Assembly (NCBI GenBank): GCA_963674745.2
Contig: CAXXDV010000001.1
Location: 480,001 to 544,000, forward strand
DNA from: Desulfosudaceae bacterium
Lineage (GTDB): Bacteria > Desulfobacterota > Desulfobacteria > Desulfobacterales > Desulfosudaceae
Direction of reading: 5' to 3'
Length of the DNA: 64,000 nucleotides
The position numbers and the translations under genes are program-made. The notes beneath the pieces are model-generated. The model had not been told where the DNA came from and did not search any database. It was given only the letters and a program-made list of their open reading frames with translations. Positions 29,008 through 38,395 of this stretch are shown piece by piece; within the stretch, counting starts at the first letter, position 1, and each line of letters begins with the position of its first letter.

Positions 29008-31083
29008 ATGAAAAAACAAAATCTTCTTGATGAAAGCGCCCTTCAGGAAGAGCTGGGTGATATTTTCAGCTGTCTTTCAAGTCAGATTCCCGCGAATACG
29101 ATCAATTGGGTCCAGTCGCATTTTGATCCGATGGTCATAAGGATTATCGGACAGGCGTCAGACACCGGCGGAGAAAAGACCAATTTCATTTACGACGTCC
29201 CCGAAAAGATCGCAGCGATTTTTCAAAGTGACGCCCTGCCCGAAATCCACCTGATAAACCACCCGGAAAGAGATCCCCTGGGAAAAGAGATATCCAGGCG
29301 CGCCAAACGCTTTGACTGGTCGGCCCTGGTTATTAATTTTCGAAACCGCTCGGATACGCTATGCTCGGCAATAGTCTATGCGGATGGAAAGGACCGGTAC
29401 AAGGAAGAACATATCCGCCTGGTCACCCCCCTTAAGATGCGCCTTCAACAAGTTATGGACGTCCTCATTGCGGACAATGAAAAGAAAGGCCTGAACCCCA
29501 CTGAAAAAGAACCGGTTAAGGACAAAAATGAATTTTTTCGCCAGGTCACCCTGCGATTATGCGGCCATCTTGACCCTCAAACCGGTGTTTCCAAATGCCT
29601 CCAATACATCAGCCGCTTTATGCCGGCCGACGCGCTCTTTGTCAGACAGCTGGAGCCGGAATTTCAATCGGAACGCGTGCTCGCGGAAAGTTTTGGTGTA
29701 TTTCATCAACAGACAGGAACCCTGATTCCTCTGGTCCCGGAAAAACGGAACACCGCCCTCAGGCGGGGGGCCGACAGGCGAAGAATCCCCCGGATACGCA
29801 TTATCAACCAGCCGGACCAATCTGCCGCCACGCAGCCCTATGTGCAAATATTCGGCAATGACTTTTCGTGTATTTCCATGCCGCTTATCCATGGGAAAAA
29901 GCCCATTGGCCTGGCCGTACTGGGCCTGGAAGGCAGGGACCGCTACCGGGAAGCGCATCTGCAACTTTTCTCGCTGCTTCATGATCCGCTTGTCCTGGCC
30001 CTGTCAAACAACATCAAACACCGGGAAGTCATCCGGCTGAAAAACCTGATCGAGGAGGAAAAAACAGACCTGGCCGAAGAGCTGCATTACACGGCGGCAG
30101 ACACCATTATCGGCGGCAGCCTGGGCCTGGAGGCCGTCATGGAAAAGGCCCGCCTTGTCGCTGATCAGGACAGTCCGGTGTTGCTGTCCGGCGAAACCGG
30201 CACGGGTAAAGAAATCATCGCCAATTTTATCCATCAGAAGTCCGCGCGGAAAGACGGCCCCTTCATCAAGGTCAATTGCGGTGCGATACCGGATACACTG
30301 GTGGACAGCGAACTGTTCGGTCATGAAAAGGGCGCATTCACCGGCGCAGACGCCCCCAAAAAGGGCCGCTTTGAAAGGGCTGACAGGGGAACGATTTTTC
30401 TGGATGAAATTGCCGAATTGCCCCTGGCCGCCCAGGTCCGCCTGCTGCAGGTACTGCAGCATAAAATAATCGAGCGCGTCGGGGGTACGGACGCCAAATC
30501 CGTCGATATCCGTATTGTCACCGCCACCCACCGCAACCTGGAAGAACTGGTCGCAAAGGGCCGATTCCGTGAAGATTTGTGGTTCCGGCTGAATGTTTTC
30601 CCCATACAGATCCCCCCCCTGCGATCAAGGACAATGGATATCCCGGCCCTGGTGGATTATTTCATTGACAAAAAGTCGCTTGACTTGAAGCTTCACACCA
30701 AACCGTCCCTGAGTCCGGACGCAATGAAGCGGTTGATGTCCTATGAATGGCCGGGAAACGTCCGTGAACTGGAAAACGTCGTTGAAAGAGAATTGATCCT
30801 GAACAAGGGAGAAGCCCTCACGTTTCATCATATCAACCCCCGGCAAACAAGTGACGGGGAAACCGACGATGTCATGACAGAAGAGAATATCCTGTCCCTT
30901 GATGAAGTTTTTACCCGTTACGTTAAAAAAGTTCTGGGCCTGTGCGACGGTAAAATCAGCGGCCCGCACGGCGCCGCGAAAATGCTTCAGGTAAACCCGA
31001 GCACGCTCCGCAACAGGTTGAAAAAAATGGGAATCCCCTACGGTTGGAACCCAAAAAAACCGCTTAATCGGGATACGCAATGA
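29008..31083 (+). CDS. sigma54-dependent activator (bEBP), type A, pair 2
   Basis: Same architecture as 14092; GAFTGA; ATG 29008 has AAGGA RBS (alternative start 28984). Confidence 0.95.
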   Translation: MKKQNLLDESALQEELGDIFSCLSSQIPANTINWVQSHFDPMVIRIIGQASDTGGEKTNFIYDVPEKIAAIFQSDALPEIHLINHPERDPLGKEISRRAKRFDWSALVINFRNRSDTLCSAIVYADGKDRYKEEHIRLVTPLKMRLQQVMDVLIADNEKKGLNPTEKEPVKDKNEFFRQVTLRLCGHLDPQTGVSKCLQYISRFMPADALFVRQLEPEFQSERVLAESFGVFHQQTGTLIPLVPEKRNTALRRGADRRRIPRIRIINQPDQSAATQPYVQIFGNDFSCISMPLIHGKKPIGLAVLGLEGRDRYREAHLQLFSLLHDPLVLALSNNIKHREVIRLKNLIEEEKTDLAEELHYTAADTIIGGSLGLEAVMEKARLVADQDSPVLLSGETGTGKEIIANFIHQKSARKDGPFIKVNCGAIPDTLVDSELFGHEKGAFTGADAPKKGRFERADRGTIFLDEIAELPLAAQVRLLQVLQHKIIERVGGTDAKSVDIRIVTATHRNLEELVAKGRFREDLWFRLNVFPIQIPPLRSRTMDIPALVDYFIDKKSLDLKLHTKPSLSPDAMKRLMSYEWPGNVRELENVVERELILNKGEALTFHHINPRQTSDGETDDVMTEENILSLDEVFTRYVKKVLGLCDGKISGPHGAAKMLQVNPSTLRNRLKKMGIPYGWNPKKPLNRDTQ

Positions 31084-33158
31084 AGAACAAGCCGGATATT
31101 GTTTCAAACCAGGTCAAACAGCATGTCGCTTCCGGCGGGGATATCTATGAGGCGGTGCACGCCCATTTCGATTCTTTTCAAAAATATCTTCCCGCGGAAC
31201 GAATGAGCCTGTGTATGCTCGATTTTGAACAGAAAAACCTACGAATCATTGCCCAGGCCAGTAAAACGGGCGGTGAAAAAACAGATTTTAACATTCCGGT
31301 GCCCGAAGAGCTCCTGGCTGCTTTTAATTTGGACGACCTGCCTGAAATTTACATGGTCAATGAACCGGAATCAGACCCGCTCGGGCAGAATATTATCAAG
31401 CGATCGGGCTTCAAAAACTGGTCCCTGATAGGCATGCGGATTAAGAATCAGGAAGTCGCATACGGCGCCATATTTTTTACGACCAACGGCAAAAACAGGT
31501 ATACGGATAAACATGCCGCTCTGCTCTCAGATTCATATGATGCACATGAATGGTTTCTGAAGACTGTTGTCAAGGACCATGGGGACAAAACCGGCGGCCT
31601 TGATCAAAAAGAAACGGCGGAAGATAAATATGAATTCTTCCGTCAGGTCACCCGGCGGTTATGCGGACACCTTGATATGGAAACCGGTGTTCTCCATTGT
31701 TTCCAATATCTCAGCCGCTTTTTTCAAGCGTCCATGCTGTCCGTCCACAAGCATCACAAGTCGGATGATACCGATATTATCGGGGTCGGACCTACCCATT
31801 TTTTTAATTATTTCGATCCCGGTATGATCGCCAGGGATACAGAAAGCCACAGTCCGAGGGAAATAACGATCGCCCCCAAAACAGTCATTATCAACAACCC
31901 CGAAAACGATCCTACCCTGAAACGGGCTTTAGACATGTTCGGAAGCAACTGGTCGTCGATTACCATGTATCTTTCTCACAAGCGGGTCCCGCTCGGTCTT
32001 GCATCTATTGTCACGGAAGGGAGAGACGCTTTTTCAGAGGCGCACAGAAAACTATTCGCCATGCTCCATGACCCGTTTGCCCTGGCGCTTTCCAACCATA
32101 TCAAACACCGGGAAGTCATCCGGCTGAAAAACACCATTGAAGATGAAAAAAAGAACATTCAGGATGAGTTACATTTCTCCAGGGAAGTCACCATTGTCGG
32201 CGGCACTTCAGGCTTAAAGGGGGTCCTGGAAAGTGCCCGGGTTGTCGCCCGTCGGAACAGCCCGGTACTATTGTCAGGAGAGACGGGTGTGGGCAAAGAA
32301 ATCATCGCCAATTTCATCCACCATCAATCTTCACGAAAAAGCGGCCCCTTGATCAAAGTCAATTGCGGCGCCATACCGGACACCCTGGTGGACAGCGAAC
32401 TGTTCGGTCATGAGAAAGGGGCTTTCACCGGCGCTGAGGCCCGAAAAAAAGGCCGTTTTGAAAGGGCCGACGGCGGTACGATCTTTCTGGATGAAGTCGC
32501 GGAACTGCCCCCCCCGGTCCAGGTCCGCATGCTGCGGGTCCTGCAGAATCAAATCATCGAGCGGGTCGGCGGGACAGGGTCTATACCCGTTAATATCCGG
32601 ATCATTGCCGCCACCCACCGCAACCTGGAAGAATTGGTCGCCGCCGGCAGATTCCGGGAAGACCTGTGGTTCCGTCTGAATGTGTTTCCCATCCATATCC
32701 CCCCCCTGCGATCCCGGCGATCGGACATTCCGGCACTGGTAGATTTCTTCATTGATAAAAAATCCCGCGAAATGAATTTCCATGTTGTACCGTCGCTTTC
32801 TCCGGATGCAATGAAGCGCCTTGTCGCGTATGAATGGCCGGGGAATATCCGCGAACTGGAAAATGTTATTGAAAGGGAACTGATCCTGAAAAAGGGCGAA
32901 CTGCTCACCTTTGAGAGTCTGATCCCCTCGCGCCCGGCAAACAACCCCCTGGATAATGTAATGACAAAAGACGATGTCCTGCCCCTTGATGAGATCTATA
33001 CCCGTCATATCAGAAAAGTCCTGGAGATAACCGGCGGAAAGATCAGCGGCCCGGGCGGTGCGGCGGAAAAGCTGAAAATAAAACCGGGGACCCTCCGCAA
33101 ACGGATGGACAAACTGGGAATTGATTACGGGTGGAAGAAACAGGATAAAACGACGTGA
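31080..33158 (+). CDS. sigma54-dependent activator (bEBP), type B, pair 2
   Basis: ATGA overlap with partner; GETGVGKE, GAFTGA, HTH. Confidence 0.95.
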   Translation: MKNKPDIVSNQVKQHVASGGDIYEAVHAHFDSFQKYLPAERMSLCMLDFEQKNLRIIAQASKTGGEKTDFNIPVPEELLAAFNLDDLPEIYMVNEPESDPLGQNIIKRSGFKNWSLIGMRIKNQEVAYGAIFFTTNGKNRYTDKHAALLSDSYDAHEWFLKTVVKDHGDKTGGLDQKETAEDKYEFFRQVTRRLCGHLDMETGVLHCFQYLSRFFQASMLSVHKHHKSDDTDIIGVGPTHFFNYFDPGMIARDTESHSPREITIAPKTVIINNPENDPTLKRALDMFGSNWSSITMYLSHKRVPLGLASIVTEGRDAFSEAHRKLFAMLHDPFALALSNHIKHREVIRLKNTIEDEKKNIQDELHFSREVTIVGGTSGLKGVLESARVVARRNSPVLLSGETGVGKEIIANFIHHQSSRKSGPLIKVNCGAIPDTLVDSELFGHEKGAFTGAEARKKGRFERADGGTIFLDEVAELPPPVQVRMLRVLQNQIIERVGGTGSIPVNIRIIAATHRNLEELVAAGRFREDLWFRLNVFPIHIPPLRSRRSDIPALVDFFIDKKSREMNFHVVPSLSPDAMKRLVAYEWPGNIRELENVIERELILKKGELLTFESLIPSRPANNPLDNVMTKDDVLPLDEIYTRHIRKVLEITGGKISGPGGAAEKLKIKPGTLRKRMDKLGIDYGWKKQDKTT

Positions 33159-33181
33159 AATGATGCCATTGAAAAATTCAT

Positions 33182-33235
33182 TCAATATCCGGCGCCCGGC
33201 CGGATATTGACACACCCGCCCGATGTTGTTATAAA
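33182..33235 (+). promoter_or_regulatory. Hairpin overlapping a sigma70 promoter for the metallophosphoesterase
   Basis: 12-bp stem TCAATATCCGGC/GCCGGATATTGA; TTGACA (33207)-N17-TATAAA (33230). Confidence 0.55.
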
Positions 33236-33343
33236 TACCGGTCAAAAAGGTAAGCCTTTGTCCCTTCCTTAACAAAACGGGTATAAATCAGCATCGGGAA
33301 TCACGCGCACGGTTTTTGTCCCGGCCTACAGTTGAGAACAACC

Positions 33344-34075
33344 ATGCGAACCGCGATAGTTTCAGATATTCATGGAAACCTGGAGGCTTTCTCAAGCGTC
33401 CTTGACGATATTCAATCACAGCGAGCCGACCGCATTGTTGCTCTGGGGGACAATATCGGCTATGGTGCGGATTCTGAAAAAGTCGTACAATTGCTGATTG
33501 CCGGCCAGATCCCCTCCGTGCTGGGCAATCATGAGATGGCGGTTCTTGATGACAGGGTTCTCAAATGGCACACCGGAGATGTCAGAAAAGCCATTGAAAT
33601 TGCGGCAGCAGGCCTTTCGACGTCCTCTTGGCGTTATTTAAGGGAATGCCGGACAAGTATATCGGATTCCGGGTGTTTTTTCGTCCACGGGTTTCCGCCC
33701 GATTCCTTCAGGCTATACCTGCACCAGGTGGGAGAAGATCAACTGCAACAGGCTTTTACAGAAATGAAAGACGATTTATGTTTTGTGGGCCACACCCATC
33801 AGCTCCGGCTGCTGTATTACGAAAAAAACCGGATAATGCTTCAACCCATGGATCAGGCGGTGCTGCCAATCCCCAAAAACAGAAAATATTTCGTCAACGC
33901 CGGCAGTGTCGGACAACCCCGGGACGGTGATGCCCGGGCCAAGTATGTCATCTGGGATTCACGGGCCTGCCGGATAGAAGTCAGGGCTGTTGAATATGAG
34001 GCCGCTGCCGCTGCCCGAAAAATAATTGCGGCCGGTATTCCGGCCCGGTTTGCCGCCATGGTCGAGGGGGAATGA
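33344..34075 (+). CDS. Calcineurin-like metallophosphoesterase (YfcE/MJ0912-like)
   Basis: SDIHGN, LGDNIGYG, GNHE, VHG, GHTH, NAGSVGQPRDG. Confidence 0.92.
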   Translation: MRTAIVSDIHGNLEAFSSVLDDIQSQRADRIVALGDNIGYGADSEKVVQLLIAGQIPSVLGNHEMAVLDDRVLKWHTGDVRKAIEIAAAGLSTSSWRYLRECRTSISDSGCFFVHGFPPDSFRLYLHQVGEDQLQQAFTEMKDDLCFVGHTHQLRLLYYEKNRIMLQPMDQAVLPIPKNRKYFVNAGSVGQPRDGDARAKYVIWDSRACRIEVRAVEYEAAAAARKIIAAGIPARFAAMVEGE

Positions 34076-34080
34076 TGAAT

Positions 34081-35481
34081 TCAGACGGAACAAACCGCTT
34101 TGGCATAGAAGCCGTCCAGGATATCCCCGGAAGCCACAAAGCCCATTCCAACATCCACAAACCAGGCCGCCCTTTTTGATCTTGTATCACCGCTCCAGAC
34201 CCATTTCTGGACCGAAGACAGGGGTGATTGAAAACAGAAATCTTCTCCCGGCGGCGGGGGATTCAACAGGGACAGGAGTTCATTGACCGTCGGCAGGCGC
34301 CAGTTTTCATATCCCCCGAATTTCTGACGGTTTAACGAGAGAACGTACTGATCTGCCTGATCCCATGACAAAAGGGACTCCGACCCGGATTGCTGCCAGG
34401 CCAGGCTGGTCCCGGCGTCAACGAGAACTCCGTCTTTGGAAACGCCGAACCGGTTTTCCAGGTATTGCCGCGGTCGCTGGAATTCATCGATGTTAAAAAC
34501 AGAGGTGGCGCGCCGAACCGGCACCCTCTCAGGTTCGGATCTTAAAACGGCTGGTGCTGACCGTTCTTTATTTATTGGCCGGGGGAAAAAATCGTCCCCG
34601 GGGCTGCAGGCCGCCTCTATCCGGCGTTTGAAATCCCGGTAGCAGGCGCGGATATCATGAAACATCGAGCTTGCGTCCTGAAACCGCCTGTCCGGATCAG
34701 GATGAATGGACATTAAGATGAGTTCATCCCACACGCCGTCCAGGTCAGGGTTGAGGTCGCCCGGCCGTTTAAACGGTTTTTGAGGCAGGATTCCGGTCAG
34801 CATGCGATACAGCATCACCCCTACAGAATACAGGTCCGCCCGATGATCCGCCTTTCGGGGTGATGCAATCTGCTCCGGCGCGGCATAGTGGGGCGTGCCG
34901 ATCATGACTTTTCCGGAACCGGCCGGCTTTTCTCCCCGCCTTCTGGATAAACCAAAATCGGTTATCTTAACGGTGTCGGTTTCGGTGAGCATCAGGTTGA
35001 ACGGTTTGATATCCCGGTGAACAATACCGGCCTGGTGAAGCCGGGACAACCCGCCCAGTGTTTCAAGAACATAACCCACAGCCTTTTCCATGGGCAAAAC
35101 CCGCGACGGCCTGTCCGCCCAGTATGATTCGCCCATGACAAGGCCCAGGTTGCGGCAAAAATATTCCATTAAGTAATAAACCAGCGCCCCATCCTGTTCC
35201 AGGTTCCGGACCTTTACCACGTGGGGATCCTGCAAATCAGCCAGTATGTTAAATTCATTTGTAAACTGCCCGTAAATCCATTTCATTCCCATTTTTTCAA
35301 TCAGGTCCGGACCCGGTTTTAATAATTTCAAGGCAGCAAATCCGTTTTCCCCGGGGACCATCACCTTGTATACCATCCCCATACTCCCCTGCCCCAGCCG
35401 TGACCGGATCTGATATTTCCCGATGGATTTTATGGCGGTGTTTTTCATGCTCGAGGGAAAGCGTTTGCCAGAAAGTGACAT
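34081..35481 (-). CDS. Hanks-type Ser/Thr protein kinase with C-terminal DUF1566 (Lcl-C) domain
   Basis: LGQGSMGMVY, AALK, HRDIKPFN, DFG, GTPHYAAPE; C-terminal LAWQQ...WRLPTVNEL. Confidence 0.9.
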   Translation of the reverse strand: MSLSGKRFPSSMKNTAIKSIGKYQIRSRLGQGSMGMVYKVMVPGENGFAALKLLKPGPDLIEKMGMKWIYGQFTNEFNILADLQDPHVVKVRNLEQDGALVYYLMEYFCRNLGLVMGESYWADRPSRVLPMEKAVGYVLETLGGLSRLHQAGIVHRDIKPFNLMLTETDTVKITDFGLSRRRGEKPAGSGKVMIGTPHYAAPEQIASPRKADHRADLYSVGVMLYRMLTGILPQKPFKRPGDLNPDLDGVWDELILMSIHPDPDRRFQDASSMFHDIRACYRDFKRRIEAACSPGDDFFPRPINKERSAPAVLRSEPERVPVRRATSVFNIDEFQRPRQYLENRFGVSKDGVLVDAGTSLAWQQSGSESLLSWDQADQYVLSLNRQKFGGYENWRLPTVNELLSLLNPPPPGEDFCFQSPLSSVQKWVWSGDTRSKRAAWFVDVGMGFVASGDILDGFYAKAVCSV

Positions 35482-37142
35482 TAAGAAGAAAATTTTCGCT
35501 TTATCATTTTTGCCACGGGCGCAGGCATACGGTTCATAGCGTCCAGCACACGGGGCAAGGCCTTCAGTTTCAACCCCCGGAACTCGCTGGGCACAATGGC
35601 GTCAATCAAATGCGGTCCGGGTTCACTGAACGCCTTTTTTAACGCTTTTACCAATGCCCTGGAGGTTTTAACCGTTTGGGCCGGCATCCCCATGCCTCTG
35701 GCAATGGCGGCAAAGTCAATCTCAGGCTGCGACAGGTCGAGCTGTGATTTTGCTTTGCTGCCGGCCTTTTCCGCGCCGACCCTTTCCAGCTCGACATTCA
35801 GAATGGCATAGGACCGGTTGTTGAAAACAACAACAGTGATATCGAGTTCTTCCCTGGCGATGGTCCACAGGGATTGAATCGTATACATGGCCGTCCCGTC
35901 GCCGACCAGGGCGATGACCGGTCGATTTTTTGCGGCGATGGCGGCCCCGAGCGCCACCGGCAATCCCTGGCCGATGGCCCCGCCGGTGAGCGCGAGCAGA
36001 TCGTGCCGGGGCGCACCGGCGGTGAAGGCCGGCAGTTTAAGACCCGAAGTTTGTGCTTCATCGGAGATGATCGCGTTCTCCGGCATCAATGCGCCTATGG
36101 CCCGGCACACTTTCGCCCCGGTCAGTTTGCCCCGGGGACGTTTTGGCCTTTTTACCGCCTGTCGTTGCGGCTCGGTTGTTTCGGCATCAACTGCCGATAC
36201 CAGGCGCTGGAGGCTGCCCAGGGCATCCTGTTCGGGTTTGACCAGGTGGTGAACGGTACAACTATCCGGCACAAGGTAACTTTTCTTGCCCGGGTAGGCG
36301 AAAAACGAAACCGGATCCCTGGCATCGATAATGACAATATCATCGAGACCGTTGAGCTGAACCGAAGCCATCTCCGCCAGGTAGGCGATTCTCTCGATAT
36401 GGGGCAGCCCTGCCCCCCGCTCCAACCGTGCCGGAAAAACTTCCGCAAAAAGCTTTGCACCGGTTTTCTCCGCGATTTTTGATGCCGCAACCAGGCCATC
36501 TTCCAGCAGGACCCTCCGGCCCAGCAGCAGGGCCGTTTTCTTGCCCCGCTGCAGCAGGACTTGTGCGATTGAATTTACGATCGCATCGGGGGCTGATTCT
36601 GGTTCTGTGACCGGCAAGGCCGCCACGGCCTCTCCGCCTTGGCTCCAGGACATGTCAGCAGGGAGGATCAGGGTTGAGATCTGCGCCGGCGGCCCTTTTG
36701 CCGCCGCAACGGCCTGGGCGGCATCAGGCGCGACCTGTTCTGTTGATGTACACGTCCGAATCCACGCCGAAAAATTCCGGGCAACGGTTTCAATATCCGA
36801 CTCCAGCGGGGCATCGTACTGCTTGTGGTAAGTGGCATGGTCACCGATAATATTGACCACCGGCACCCGCGCTTTACGGGCGTTATGCAGATTGGCCAGC
36901 CCGTTTCCCAGCCCGCACCCCAAATGCAGCAAGGTCGCGGCCGGTTTACCGGCGATTCTGGCATATCCGTCGGCAGCCCCGGTTGCGACCCCTTCAAACA
37001 GCGTCAATACGGCTCTCATGTCGGTACTGTCCAAAGCGGCAACAAAGTGCATCTCGGAAGTTCCCGGGTTTGTAAAACAAGTATTTATGCCACTGTTAAT
37101 CAAGGTCTGAATCAAGGCCCTGGCACCGTTACCCATTGGCAT
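35481..37142 (-). CDS. Thiamine-diphosphate enzyme, acetolactate synthase large subunit-like
   Basis: NPGTSEMHFVAALD, LFEGVATGAADGY, GDGTAMYT...NN TPP motif. Confidence 0.9.
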   Translation of the reverse strand: MPMGNGARALIQTLINSGINTCFTNPGTSEMHFVAALDSTDMRAVLTLFEGVATGAADGYARIAGKPAATLLHLGCGLGNGLANLHNARKARVPVVNIIGDHATYHKQYDAPLESDIETVARNFSAWIRTCTSTEQVAPDAAQAVAAAKGPPAQISTLILPADMSWSQGGEAVAALPVTEPESAPDAIVNSIAQVLLQRGKKTALLLGRRVLLEDGLVAASKIAEKTGAKLFAEVFPARLERGAGLPHIERIAYLAEMASVQLNGLDDIVIIDARDPVSFFAYPGKKSYLVPDSCTVHHLVKPEQDALGSLQRLVSAVDAETTEPQRQAVKRPKRPRGKLTGAKVCRAIGALMPENAIISDEAQTSGLKLPAFTAGAPRHDLLALTGGAIGQGLPVALGAAIAAKNRPVIALVGDGTAMYTIQSLWTIAREELDITVVVFNNRSYAILNVELERVGAEKAGSKAKSQLDLSQPEIDFAAIARGMGMPAQTVKTSRALVKALKKAFSEPGPHLIDAIVPSEFRGLKLKALPRVLDAMNRMPAPVAKMIKRKFSS

Positions 37143-37239
37143 GCCCCCCTTATCATTAAAGCTTCTTTACATTCTGTATACACCTTTTCCATTTCTAACA
37201 GCAAGCCTGCAAAAAAGATAAGCCGGATTCGCATGACGC

Positions 37240-37389
37240 CGATGCCCTGATCAGGCTCGCCCCTCTCCAGCGCCACGACTTTCAGCCGGTCTCAGTCCAA
37301 ACCCTGGCGCAAGGCGCCGAGATGCTCATGGGGCAGGTTGTGGATCCGGCAGCGCCGCTGCCGATAATGAGAAAGCTTGTTTTCCTTTT
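37240..37389 (-). pseudogene. Decayed N-terminal fragment of an FAD-dependent (GMC-like) oxidoreductase
   Basis: FLIIGSGAAGST...ARVWTETG then, after a 1-nt shift, LKVVALERG: a Rossmann beta-alpha-beta signature with no downstream body. Confidence 0.5.
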
Positions 37390-37589
37390 AACCCGGTATT
37401 GAAACTTTTGTCCTTCGGGTGGTGTCAGCGCTAAAAGCGCTGTCATAAAAAATGATCCTAATCTCTTTACATCCGGAGGGGGGTGGGGGGTGGTGAAGAT
37501 CTGCTGCGCAACGGCCTGCAACACAGCCATCAGGTTTTTTTATGTGGGATTTTAAAACCGTTTCTATTCAGGCTATGACTGAAGTCACT

Positions 37590-37949
37590 TTATCGGATCA
37601 CATCAATCATTTGATTGATTTGCGCTGCCTGCGCTGATCCCGGCTGCAAACGGATACCGACCCGATGGAAATGATCATTCTGCTGATTACTGTGGTCAGG
37701 CCTGGAAGGCTTTTCTGAGATGGATATGATTTCCATGGGGATATTGTCAATCTTCATCCCTTTAGGGCCCATCAAACGGATACGCCTGTGACTGTTTTTA
37801 TCGGCAGGCTTTTTATAGCTTTTGAGTGCCATACCGCTCAAGCTGATATCCAGCACCGCTCCGATGAATTTCGGATCGGAATCACAGACGGCAATCATCC
37901 CGTATGAGGGAGTATATCTGGTTTCTCTTCGTTGATCATTATGCAGCAT
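37590..37949 (-). CDS. Stand-alone PilZ domain protein
   Basis: RRETR (RxxxR) and DISLSG (DxSxxG). Confidence 0.8.
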   Translation of the reverse strand: MLHNDQRRETRYTPSYGMIAVCDSDPKFIGAVLDISLSGMALKSYKKPADKNSHRRIRLMGPKGMKIDNIPMEIISISEKPSRPDHSNQQNDHFHRVGIRLQPGSAQAAQINQMIDVIR

Positions 37950-38090
37950 CGTAACGCTCTCCTTTAACGCATTTTAAAAAAAGAAGAATAATTTCAGCGG
38001 CCTTTTTTGTCAACAAAAAATGAACTTCCCGGTGGTGGGACAAATCTGTAATATAAGATGGCGTTTTTCATTTTTATCTGGAGGGCTGAA

Positions 38091-38234
38091 CAGGCTGTCC
38101 AACAACTCGTCATCCCGGGCAGTGGAGCGAAGCGGAACGTGACCCGGGATCCAGTATAAAATTGGTTTTATTCATTTTTCTGGATTCCGGCGCGGAGGCC
38201 GGAATGACGAATGTTGGTGTTATTGGACAGCCTG
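38091..38234. mobile_element. 144-bp MITE-like element enclosing a palindromic REP
   Basis: Terminal inverted repeats CAGGCTGTCCAA(C/T)AAC (15/16); internal GTCATCCCGGG...CCCGGGATCCAG...CTGGATTCCGGC...GCCGGAATGAC. Confidence 0.7.
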
Positions 38235-38333
38235 CTTAGCCTTCCAATTGCCTTAAGAGGGCTGAAGTCCTCCGCTATATCTACATAGTCAATAATAAAC
38301 GGCCGTGGCGCTCGTTATCCATTGGCAGGGAGA

Positions 38334-38374
38334 AATAACACAGGCGCCCCTCAAGATGAGGCGCCTGTGTTATT
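38334..38374 (-). terminator. Terminator hairpin after C45 hydrolase
   Basis: 15-bp stem AATAACACAGGCGCC/GGCGCCTGTGTTATT. Confidence 0.7.
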
Positions 38375-38395
38375 GACAATTACTGCTCCGTACCT

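Noticed and set aside
34081..34500. DUF1566 domain as a diversity-generating retroelement target
   Set aside because: No reverse transcriptase and no template repeat differing at adenines in the window
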